Shown here: in pieces, positions 16,485-24,892 of the stretch
How the letters are laid out: each line of letters opens with the position of its first letter
How positions within the stretch are numbered: the stretch's first letter is position 1
DNA from: a virus
Taxonomy: Duplodnaviria; Caudoviricetes
Reading direction: 5' to 3' (one strand)
Virus record (IMG/VR): IMGVR_UViG_3300037249_000698
Coordinates: 31,134-95,133 of that record
DNA: 64,000 bases
Notes under the pieces: model-generated
What the model was told of the DNA's origin: nothing
The model's database searches: none
The model's input: the letters and a program-made list of their open reading frames with translations, nothing else
Translations under genes and position numbers: made by a program

Positions 16485-16979
16485 ATGATTTTTAGTAGCA
16501 AGATTCCTGACGATGGTAAAAAAGCATTATTGCAATTACAACAACAGTTCGGATGGTCAGAAGATCAACTCGATTACCTTATTGCTTGTATGAAATTCGA
16601 GTCAAATCTTAATCCGCAAGCCGTAAATAAGGCTTCGGGTGCTGTGGGTTTGATTCAGTTTATGCCTAGTATCTGTAAAGCATACGGCACAACCGCAGAA
16701 CTTATGAAATCTCGCTCTTTTGCCGAACAGATACCTTACGTTAAAAAGCATTTTCTCCCTTATTACAAACGTACTTGCACCCTTTCCGATATGTATATGG
16801 CTATTCTTTATCCTAGCTGTATCGGTAAGCCTGACGATTATCCTATGTTCGTCAACGGCAAAAAATATGAACAGAACAAAGGTCTTGATAAAAACAAAGA
16901 TCATATAGTCACAAAAATCGAGGCTACTCTTATGGTTTTAAAGTGCTATGAGCAAGGTTTGCAAGATAGAGGACTATGA
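16485..16979 (+). CDS. Endolysin, lytic transglycosylase (SLT-like)
   Basis: FESNLNPQAVN..SGAVGLIQFMP motif. Confidence 0.9.
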   Translation: MIFSSKIPDDGKKALLQLQQQFGWSEDQLDYLIACMKFESNLNPQAVNKASGAVGLIQFMPSICKAYGTTAELMKSRSFAEQIPYVKKHFLPYYKRTCTLSDMYMAILYPSCIGKPDDYPMFVNGKKYEQNKGLDKNKDHIVTKIEATLMVLKCYEQGLQDRGL

Positions 16980-16980
16980 A

Positions 16981-17310
16981 ATGTTTGATGAACAGTTTAA
17001 AGAAATCTTGAACGGCTTGTTATTTGCCGTGATAGCAGGTGTAGGAGGTTCTGTGGCATATTTATCTTCATTGTTCGGCAACCGTAAAAAGTTCGTGCTA
17101 TTCGACTTTTTTGTTAAGGTTTTGTCAAGTGCGTTCGCAGGTCTGCTGATAGGTTGGCTTTTGAGCTACTATCAGTACCCTATTTCAGTCATTTGTTCCG
17201 TTACAGGTACAGCAGGCTATATAGGGGCAGATTTTACTATCAACCTATTAAAACGCATCATTACAAGTAAGGCAGAATTAGTCGTTGTTGACAAGGAGAA
17301 TGACAAATGA
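16981..17310 (+). CDS. Holin
   Basis: Three TM segments between endolysin and spanins; ATG after GAGGA. Confidence 0.8.
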   Translation: MFDEQFKEILNGLLFAVIAGVGGSVAYLSSLFGNRKKFVLFDFFVKVLSSAFAGLLIGWLLSYYQYPISVICSVTGTAGYIGADFTINLLKRIITSKAELVVVDKENDK

Positions 17311-17843
17311 ACTGGTTAAAAATTCTCCCACAGGCTCTACTCGGTGTTACTTGGCTCATTCTGTTCGCAACCGGATATTACATGGGGTCAGACGCTACTA
17401 ATCAGCGTAATGAACTTAAACAGAGCCAAATTACTAATGATTATCAGAATAAAATTAACGAACTTGTTGAACTTGTACGTTCACAGGAAATTGCAAATCA
17501 ACACAAAATAAACACTATTATTTCAGAACAGCTTGAAAAAGAGGAGATGATTAAAAATGACTACGAAAACATTATTGAAGATTTGCGTAATAACACACTT
17601 GTTGTTGATGGGTTGCACGAATGTAAAGACAGTTCAAACACCAAAGCAGATATGCCCCGAAATAAGCCAGTTACCGCCGAACTTGTCTGTTTTACAAAAG
17701 CCGATTTATACGGAAAAATTGAAAAAAGTTTGGCTATCACAGCCGAATGTGACAAAGTAGTTGAGAAATACAATGCTCTGCTAAAGGTCTATAACGAACA
17801 ATTTAACACATTAAACCATAAAGAGGCTTTATATGGAAAATGA
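17307..17843 (+). CDS. rz: Inner-membrane spanin (Rz-like)
   Basis: N-terminal TM, coiled coil, position in the lysis cassette. Confidence 0.8.
   Translation: MNWLKILPQALLGVTWLILFATGYYMGSDATNQRNELKQSQITNDYQNKINELVELVRSQEIANQHKINTIISEQLEKEEMIKNDYENIIEDLRNNTLVVDGLHECKDSSNTKADMPRNKPVTAELVCFTKADLYGKIEKSLAITAECDKVVEKYNALLKVYNEQFNTLNHKEALYGK
17557..17760 (+). CDS. rz1: Outer-membrane lipoprotein spanin (Rz1-like), fully embedded in rz
   Basis: GAGGAG SD, lipobox LLMGC, Pro-rich mature part, +1 frame. Confidence 0.8.
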   Translation: MTTKTLLKICVITHLLLMGCTNVKTVQTPKQICPEISQLPPNLSVLQKPIYTEKLKKVWLSQPNVTK

Positions 17844-18306
17844 TATTGTACTAAAAAACAAGGAAGTCTCTGAACGTGAGAGATTACTGTTTGATGAGTT
17901 TTTAGAGGAATATAAAAAAGATTATGACCCCGAAAGAGCCTGTTTACGTCTCGGCGTTGAGCCTGAAAGCGTAAATAGGGCATTGTTATATTTCTTTCAA
18001 TCATCGTACGTGCAACAGCAACTTGCAAAAGATGTTGTTTTGGGTAAACCTGATACACAGGAAAATGTCGATAAGGCGTTTAAATACGTTGTTAATAAAC
18101 TTCGTTGTATCGCAGATTCAGGCTCAAATAAAGAACGTTTAGAGGCTTGTAAACAGCTTGCTCTTATCTACGGTCTTAACAAGCCTATTGACATTCGTAC
18201 AAATAATTCACTTACAAATGTTATTATGTCACCTGCCCCTATTACTGATGCTGAATGGGAAGAACAGGCAAGCGTGACTATGGAGGCAAATTTTGACGGA
18301 CACTAA
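17833..18306 (+). CDS. terS: Terminase small subunit
   Basis: F.EEY..DYD..RAC.RLG HTH pattern; upstream of terL. Confidence 0.75.
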   Translation: MENDIVLKNKEVSERERLLFDEFLEEYKKDYDPERACLRLGVEPESVNRALLYFFQSSYVQQQLAKDVVLGKPDTQENVDKAFKYVVNKLRCIADSGSNKERLEACKQLALIYGLNKPIDIRTNNSLTNVIMSPAPITDAEWEEQASVTMEANFDGH

Positions 18307-18388
18307 TCTTGGTGACCTTTTGATTTTCTTTGCAATAGTTTTTATAGGAATTTTAATTATAATAAATTTAATCGACAGCATGAAATAG
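18293..18388 (+). CDS. 31-aa single-TM peptide (TTG start)
   Basis: GGAGG SD; MTDTNLGDLLIFFAIVFIGILIIINLIDSMK. Confidence 0.45.
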   Translation: MTDTNLGDLLIFFAIVFIGILIIINLIDSMK

Positions 18389-18413
18389 TCGATAGTCACA
18401 AATAAGGTGAGAA

Positions 18414-20063
18414 ATGGCTTTTAAGTTACCCGATAATATCAACGTTGTTTGGAAACCGTTAGAGGGTCGAGTTATTAACGGTAAGTATTACATGAGTTCG
18501 CAGGAACTTGTGCTGTCCTGTAATTGTGATACTATTTTTATGTCAAGTTCTCGTGCAAGCGGTAAGACAGAAGTCAGTCTTATCAAATTCTGCCTCCCTA
18601 TCGGCATGGGTTACGGTTCATATTATCGAGGTGTTTACATTGATATGCACTACAAAGACTTGAACGATGTTATTGCACGTTCAAAACGTCTTTTCCCGAT
18701 GATTTATGGTAACAAAGCACGATATTACAGTTCAAGAGGTGATGAACATTGGACTTGGGATACAGGCGAGGAATTGTGGTTTAGACAAGGTGCAACCGAT
18801 GAGGACTACAATTCTTTCCATGGTCAGGAATTTGCCGTTATATTGTATAACGAATTGTCTAAAAACCCTACTCCTGACTTTTTCGATAAAATGCGTACAA
18901 CAAACCGTACATCATTTAATCCTTATGACCATCCGTATTACATTGACGCTAAATATTATAAAGAATACGGCATCGAAAGGCGTGTAAAGCCTGAACATCC
19001 GTATGCGGTAAAGAAATTTTTACCACCACTTAGACCAAAAATAATTATAACAACCAACCCATCCGGTGCAGGCAAGCAGTGGGTCAAAGAGCGTTTTGTT
19101 GACCCCGCCCCTGCTGGCAAGATTGTGAAAACAGAGATTAAAGCCTATAATCCGCAAACTAAAAAAGATGAGATTATGGTCAAAACACAAGTTCACATAT
19201 TCAGTTCGTATAAAGAAAATACACATCTTTCACCTGAATATGTACTCGAACTTGAAAGCATTAAAGACCCTGAACTTAGAAAGGCGTGGTTATACGGTGA
19301 TTGGAACGCTAGTTACGGTGATGGTATGTTTAATGATATATTCAGAACATCAATTCACGTTGTTCCGCAATTTAAAATTCCTGATACTTGGAATATTTAT
19401 ACAGGATTCGACTGGGGTTGGTCAAAACCGTTTGCAACTTTGTGGCTTGCTGTTTCCGATGGCTCTGATATAGTTCTGCCTAGCGGTGCTAAACGCCGTA
19501 CAGTTCGTGGGGATATATTCATAATTAACGAATACTACGGTTGTGTTAAAGGCAAGGCTAATACAGGTGTTTGTATGCTTGCTAGAGATGTCGGTAGAGA
19601 AATATTAGAACGTGAAATCGGTCTTGGTTATAAGCCTAGAATTGTTGCTAGTATCGCTGATAATGCTATTTTTAGCAAGGAAGATGGTCACTGTATTGCA
19701 GATGAAATGAGAAAACCTGTTAATATAGCAGGTAAAATTATGGGTGGTAAAACTTGGATTGGTGCTGATAAACGAGCAGGTTCGAGAGCCGTTGGTTGGA
19801 ACTTAATAAAGCAACGCCTTAAAAATGCTGTTCCTGAAACTGACGTTGTAACAGGCGTTACACTACCTAGAGAAGAAAAAGGCTTGTTTGTTTGCGATAA
19901 TTGTAGAGATTTTTTAAGAACTTTCCCTAATCTTCCTAGAGATGAAAAGAAAGATGGCGATATTGATACAAGTACCGAGGATCACTTAGCGGATGCTTTA
20001 CGTTATGCGGTATCATACATCGACCACGGTGAACGTTCTGTATCTACTTACGGCATGAATTAA
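18414..20063 (+). CDS. terL: Terminase large subunit
   Basis: Walker A SRASGKT, Walker B-like ILYNEL, TTNP, FDWG nuclease motif, EDH.ADALRY. Confidence 0.95.
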   Translation: MAFKLPDNINVVWKPLEGRVINGKYYMSSQELVLSCNCDTIFMSSSRASGKTEVSLIKFCLPIGMGYGSYYRGVYIDMHYKDLNDVIARSKRLFPMIYGNKARYYSSRGDEHWTWDTGEELWFRQGATDEDYNSFHGQEFAVILYNELSKNPTPDFFDKMRTTNRTSFNPYDHPYYIDAKYYKEYGIERRVKPEHPYAVKKFLPPLRPKIIITTNPSGAGKQWVKERFVDPAPAGKIVKTEIKAYNPQTKKDEIMVKTQVHIFSSYKENTHLSPEYVLELESIKDPELRKAWLYGDWNASYGDGMFNDIFRTSIHVVPQFKIPDTWNIYTGFDWGWSKPFATLWLAVSDGSDIVLPSGAKRRTVRGDIFIINEYYGCVKGKANTGVCMLARDVGREILEREIGLGYKPRIVASIADNAIFSKEDGHCIADEMRKPVNIAGKIMGGKTWIGADKRAGSRAVGWNLIKQRLKNAVPETDVVTGVTLPREEKGLFVCDNCRDFLRTFPNLPRDEKKDGDIDTSTEDHLADALRYAVSYIDHGERSVSTYGMN

Positions 20064-20104
20064 AAATGGGGTATAATGAGTAAAAGTTTTGTGCGGAGAT
20101 TAAA

Positions 20105-21706
20105 ATGTTAGATTCTGTAAATTATGAATATCTTAATATGCTTCCTTATTGGGAAAAACTTGACGATTTGTACCGTGGGGAAGATTTTGTTAAAAAGGCA
20201 GGTGTTAAGTACCTGCCACCGTCAGCAGGTATGATTATTGACGATATGCGGTCAATAAATTCACTTGGCTTTAAAATCTATATGTCGTATATAGGCAGAG
20301 CTGATTACATCAATCATGTTAAAAATGCCGTGGATAGATATGTAGGGTTGTGCCATCAAAGTTCACCGACTATTCAACTGCCGAAAGAGATGGAATATTT
20401 GAGAGATAAGGCTACTAAAGACGGTCAATCCCTCGAAAGTCTTTTGCGTATGATTAACACCGAACAGGTTAAACTCGGTCGTTGCGGTCTGTTTGTCGAT
20501 ATTAGCACTGACGTTGCTAGAGATAATAAACCTTATCTCGCTTTTTATGATGCGTTCAGTATTACTAATTGGAATAATAGCGATAATCCGTTCGGTTATA
20601 CCGACCTTAATATGCTAGTTCTAAAAGAGACTGAACACGTTTTAAAAGACTTTTCTTGGACTGACGAAATTCGCTACAGAGTTTGTCTTTTAGGTGACGG
20701 ACACGTTGTTAGAGGTAATGATTACTACCGTCAAGGTGTGTTTAAAGATACTGCATTTAACGACAACCTGATGTTTACCCCTAGTTATCTCGGTACAAAA
20801 TTACACGAGATACCGTTCGTATTTATCAATGCTTGTGATACCGTTACTCGCCCTGATTTTCCACCGCTTGATGATTTGGCTAATTGCTCGCTTAGTGCGT
20901 ACAGATTGTCAGCCGACTATAAACAGGCATTACACATGCAAGGACAGGACACGCTCGTTATCAAGGGTAATCTGCTGAACGTTACTGAAAACGCTCCTAC
21001 CGACAACAGCAAAAATGCACAAGAACAAGGTATCAGAACAGGTGCAGGTGCGGTATTAAACGTTGCTTGTGATGGAAATGCTGAATTTATCGGCGTTAGC
21101 GGTGACGGTATTCCCGAAATGAGACAGGCTCTTGAAAACACCTATAATCGTTGTGAGGTTAAGAGTGGTAACTTGCTGACTAATGGTGCTACATTTGAAA
21201 GCGGTGAGTCATTAAAGACTCGTCTTACTGCTCAAACAGCCAACCTTAATCAGATTGCTCTTACAGGTGCGTTTGGTCTGCAAAAAGCATTACGCTTTAT
21301 CGCTCGTTGGATTGGTGCTAACGAAGATGAAGTTGTTGTTCAGCCTAATCTTGAATTTAGTGATTACCGTATCACAGGTGATGATTTGGTTAAGGTTACA
21401 ACTGCTATCAAGCTCGGTTTCCCTATGTCATTACAATCCGCATACGAATATGCACAGTCTAAGGGTTACACTAAAGAACCGTTTGAGACACAGATTGATA
21501 TGATTAAAAAGGAAAAAGAAAGCGGTTTGAGAGATTTGCTTATGCCACCTGAACAACAGTTTGCGGAAAGCAATAGCGGTCTAAATCCGCTGAACGGCAA
21601 TAATGCAGGAGGTAGCGTTTCGGCTACAAGTGTGCAAAAGAAAACTACATCGGCTAACAAAGACTTAACCGATGTGTCTAAAATTACAAACAATTCAAAT
21701 TCGTGA
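20105..21706 (+). CDS. Portal protein (DUF4055-like)
   Basis: G...VK.AG.KYLP, Y..RA, IPFVFIN and ESGES motifs; follows terL. Confidence 0.9.
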   Translation: MLDSVNYEYLNMLPYWEKLDDLYRGEDFVKKAGVKYLPPSAGMIIDDMRSINSLGFKIYMSYIGRADYINHVKNAVDRYVGLCHQSSPTIQLPKEMEYLRDKATKDGQSLESLLRMINTEQVKLGRCGLFVDISTDVARDNKPYLAFYDAFSITNWNNSDNPFGYTDLNMLVLKETEHVLKDFSWTDEIRYRVCLLGDGHVVRGNDYYRQGVFKDTAFNDNLMFTPSYLGTKLHEIPFVFINACDTVTRPDFPPLDDLANCSLSAYRLSADYKQALHMQGQDTLVIKGNLLNVTENAPTDNSKNAQEQGIRTGAGAVLNVACDGNAEFIGVSGDGIPEMRQALENTYNRCEVKSGNLLTNGATFESGESLKTRLTAQTANLNQIALTGAFGLQKALRFIARWIGANEDEVVVQPNLEFSDYRITGDDLVKVTTAIKLGFPMSLQSAYEYAQSKGYTKEPFETQIDMIKKEKESGLRDLLMPPEQQFAESNSGLNPLNGNNAGGSVSATSVQKKTTSANKDLTDVSKITNNSNS

Positions 21707-21743
21707 TAAAATTAAAGAGTTCACAAATTAGAGGTACATAATT

Positions 21744-22598
21744 ATGGCATTTAAAGATCCTAACACAAAAACTTTTCAACCTATCGTAGATTCTCTCGAT
21801 GGTGTTGATGAAAACATTAAGTCGCTTTATGCAGAGACTACTGACGGTAAGTATCAAATTCGAGCTGATATAGCATTTCAGAGCGACTTTGAACGTGTGC
21901 GTGATACTCTCACAAAAGAACGTACAAGTAATAAAGAGTTAAACGCAAAACTGAAAGAATTACAGTCTAAACTCGATGCTTACGGCGGTATCGACCCGAC
22001 AGGCGTAAAGGGTATGCAGACTGAACTCGCTAACCTTAAATCTACCGAAACTGATTTGAGCAAGATTAAGTCTAGTAAGGCAGATTTAGAGTTGCAGTTT
22101 AAAAACTTAAAAGAACAGTTTGATGAACTCTCTAAAATCAATCAGCGTTACGAAAAAGAACGTACTGAACAGCGTCTAAAAGACAGTGCTAGAAAGGCGT
22201 TTGGTGATAACGGCATTTTAGACAGTGCTATGGAAGATGGTCTGTTATGGGCAACACAGGTACTTGAAAGTGCCGAAGATGGCTCTGTAAGAGTTAAAGA
22301 CGGTACTAAATATCCTGCCGGGGTAAGCGTTGACAGTTGGGTTCAGCTTTTCAAGAAAGACAAGCCACATCTTTTCGGTGGTTCTGTCGGTGGCGGTGCA
22401 GGCGGTAGCGTAAGCAATTCAATAGAAATTGAAAACTGGACTAACACAGGTCTTGATGGTGGCATCAACATTACTAAGTTAGCACAGGCAATTAAGGAAG
22501 ATCCAAAGGCTGTAGTTGCCGTTGCAAAGGCTAAAGGACTTGAAAAGGTGTTAAGAGAACGTTACGGTTATCTCTATAATCAAATCGCTGATAAGTAA
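21744..22598 (+). CDS. Capsid scaffolding protein
   Basis: Coiled coil with a PHLF...GGGAGG tail; precedes the capsid gene. Confidence 0.8.
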   Translation: MAFKDPNTKTFQPIVDSLDGVDENIKSLYAETTDGKYQIRADIAFQSDFERVRDTLTKERTSNKELNAKLKELQSKLDAYGGIDPTGVKGMQTELANLKSTETDLSKIKSSKADLELQFKNLKEQFDELSKINQRYEKERTEQRLKDSARKAFGDNGILDSAMEDGLLWATQVLESAEDGSVRVKDGTKYPAGVSVDSWVQLFKKDKPHLFGGSVGGGAGGSVSNSIEIENWTNTGLDGGINITKLAQAIKEDPKAVVAVAKAKGLEKVLRERYGYLYNQIADK

Positions 22599-22617
22599 TT
22601 TATAATCTAATGTTTTT

Positions 22618-22645
22618 AAGCCGATACTTAGTTATCGGCTTTTTT
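22618..22645 (+). terminator. Intrinsic terminator
   Basis: aagccgata/tatcggc followed by a T-run. Confidence 0.8.
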
Positions 22646-22675
22646 GTTTATACTATTTATCGTGTATAATAAAAA

Positions 22676-22723
22676 TACTCCTTTATTTGTGACTTTTGGG
22701 GTTGAGAAATCAACCCCTTTTTT
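22676..22723 (+). ncRNA. Candidate ~47-nt anti-SD sRNA B
   Basis: TATAAT 22665 just after a terminator; transcript starts TACTCCTTTATTTGTGAC; terminator ggggttga-GAAA-tcaacccc-T6. Confidence 0.5.
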
Positions 22724-22883
22724 AACAAAAATACCGCTTTTTTCAGAAAATTTAAAAGTGTGATATTATAGTATCTGTTACGAATACGTGATGTTGAGTA
22801 GCAATCTTCGGTGCGTGATGCTAAGAATGATTTAATAAAGTTATTTTTTGTTTTAATGTTATTTTTATAGGAGATGGCTACTC

Positions 22884-23909
22884 ATGGCTACAACTCGTTT
22901 ACAAGACCTTATCGTACCCGAAGTGTACGAGGGTTATCAAACCGATGAAATTACTCGTAAGTTAAATCTTATTCAGAGTGGAACTGTTGCTCGTTCTGAA
23001 AAATTGGACTCTCTGCTTAACGGCGGTGGTGCTACCTTTAATTTCCCATTCTATAACAACCTTTCTGATAGCGGTGAAACTATTGCTACCGATAATCCTG
23101 CTGACGTTATCGTTCCTGAAAAGGCAAGTGCTAGTAACTTAGTAGTTGCTCGTTGCGTTCGTACAGCATCTTGGGAAGTAGCCGACATTGACGAAATGCT
23201 GACCGCAGACGATCCAATGGCATTTATCAGCTCTCGTACCTTAGATTTCCGTCTTGGTTGCTTGCAAAAGCAGTTCATGTCTGTTGTAAAGGGTATTTTC
23301 GCTAACAACGCCACTGCAAGCGATGATTATCATACTCAAAATGACCAACGTTGGGTTGTTTCAGGTACTACCTATTCCGCAGGTGTTACCGATTTCAACG
23401 TAAATCATCTTATTGACGCAATCTCTCTCATGGGTGATGCACAAGATGGTTTCGGTATGATTATGGTTCACCCAACTGTATTTGCTAACATGCAGAAGCA
23501 GGATATTATCGACACTCGTATTCCTAGCGGTGCATCTGCTCCTGTTCGTTACTACAACGGCTATCAGATTATTCTGAATCAGGATCTTCCTAATACTGGC
23601 GGTGTTTACTCAACCTACATCTTTGGTCGTGATCAGTTCAAGCTCGGTTTCGGTTCAGTTAAAGAACCAATCGCCTTTGAAAAACATCAGGCACAGGGTA
23701 ATGGTTACGGTGTTACTACTATGTATAACCGTTGGTGTAACGCTATTGCTCCAAAGGGTTACAGCTATATTGGTAGTGGTTTCGCTGTGGGCGGTCCTGC
23801 AAACGATACTACTAACGGTGCTTTGTCTACCGCAAGTTCATGGCGTAGAGTATGCGGAGATAAGCGTTCAGTCAAGATGGTTGAACTCGTAACTCGTGAA
23901 ACTGCATAA
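22884..23909 (+). CDS. Major capsid protein
   Basis: MATTRL.D.IVPEV start, 341 aa, position, strongly biased codon usage. Confidence 0.9.
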   Translation: MATTRLQDLIVPEVYEGYQTDEITRKLNLIQSGTVARSEKLDSLLNGGGATFNFPFYNNLSDSGETIATDNPADVIVPEKASASNLVVARCVRTASWEVADIDEMLTADDPMAFISSRTLDFRLGCLQKQFMSVVKGIFANNATASDDYHTQNDQRWVVSGTTYSAGVTDFNVNHLIDAISLMGDAQDGFGMIMVHPTVFANMQKQDIIDTRIPSGASAPVRYYNGYQIILNQDLPNTGGVYSTYIFGRDQFKLGFGSVKEPIAFEKHQAQGNGYGVTTMYNRWCNAIAPKGYSYIGSGFAVGGPANDTTNGALSTASSWRRVCGDKRSVKMVELVTRETA

Positions 23910-23937
23910 TCTCACGATAATGTGAGTTGAGAATGAT

Positions 23938-23974
23938 AAGGGCGGTTTGAGATTAATTTCTACCGCCCTTTTTT
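23938..23974 (+). terminator. Intrinsic terminator after the capsid gene
   Basis: aagggcggt/accgccc followed by T6. Confidence 0.85.
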
Positions 23975-24001
23975 GAGAAGTCATAGATAAGAGAGGCTAA
24001 A

Positions 24002-24508
24002 ATGCTGTCAATAGAAAGAGCGTATAACTGGGTTAAGACTCGCCCTGCCGAAGAATACAATGCGATGAAGAATGATTTAGATAGTGCTACCGCAACTATC
24101 AGACGAATTTTTAGGGATAATAACATTCGTAAAGAATCAGTCGAAATCATGTTCACCGCTGACGATGAGCTTGTTACCACTAAAAAGCTGATTGAAGAAG
24201 AATTAGTTAATGTTAATGAAAAGCTGTTAGCTATTGAAAACGAACGTGAAAAGCTGACTAATAAGCTGACAATGTTAAACTGCATTATCAAGGTTAATAA
24301 CGTTGTGGTTAATGACGAACGTGAACGTAGAGAACGCACTCGCATTTTACAGGCACAGGCTAAAGAGGCTCAAAAGGCATTTTTGTTAAAACAGCAGGAA
24401 CTTATTGCTAAAGAATTAGGCATAGCAAAGACCGAGGTTGAATTACCTCAAACTGAACAGAAAACAAAAAGAAAGAAGTCAATGGTAAAAGAAAATGGCT
24501 CTGATTAG
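24002..24508 (+). CDS. Coiled-coil hypothetical protein
   Basis: GAGG SD, 168 aa. Confidence 0.7.
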   Translation: MLSIERAYNWVKTRPAEEYNAMKNDLDSATATIRRIFRDNNIRKESVEIMFTADDELVTTKKLIEEELVNVNEKLLAIENEREKLTNKLTMLNCIIKVNNVVVNDERERRERTRILQAQAKEAQKAFLLKQQELIAKELGIAKTEVELPQTEQKTKRKKSMVKENGSD

Positions 24509-24890
24509 TTTTGGTCAAAGATTTTTCACTCATTGGCGTAAGTACAAAGCTAGACTGTTTAAGGTATCGGGTTGGATAAGCAATCCGTTACCGTCAGGCT
24601 CTACCGTTTTAATGCCATCGAGAGTACGCATTAAAATGACCGCTAGAGATGCGGATAGTTCTTTTACTATTCGTAGCGGTAATACTAGCATTACGTACAA
24701 TTTACATCAAGGCGAAGAATTTATTACGGTTGTAAATGCCAACAATTTCCTTGTTACGGATAATGCTGGCATGGTTGAGGTTGACTTAGGGCATCTTAGG
24801 TCAGATTGGGCAATTATCATAGGCGTAGGACACCCTATAACAGACGGTTACGGTTTATCTGCATACGGTGTAGACCCTTACGGAGAATAG
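24495..24890 (+). CDS. Virion protein, possible fibre anchor
   Basis: C-terminal GYGLSAYGVDPYG motif; directly precedes the fibre gene. Confidence 0.55.
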   Translation: MALISFGQRFFTHWRKYKARLFKVSGWISNPLPSGSTVLMPSRVRIKMTARDADSSFTIRSGNTSITYNLHQGEEFITVVNANNFLVTDNAGMVEVDLGHLRSDWAIIIGVGHPITDGYGLSAYGVDPYGE

Positions 24891-24892
24891 AA

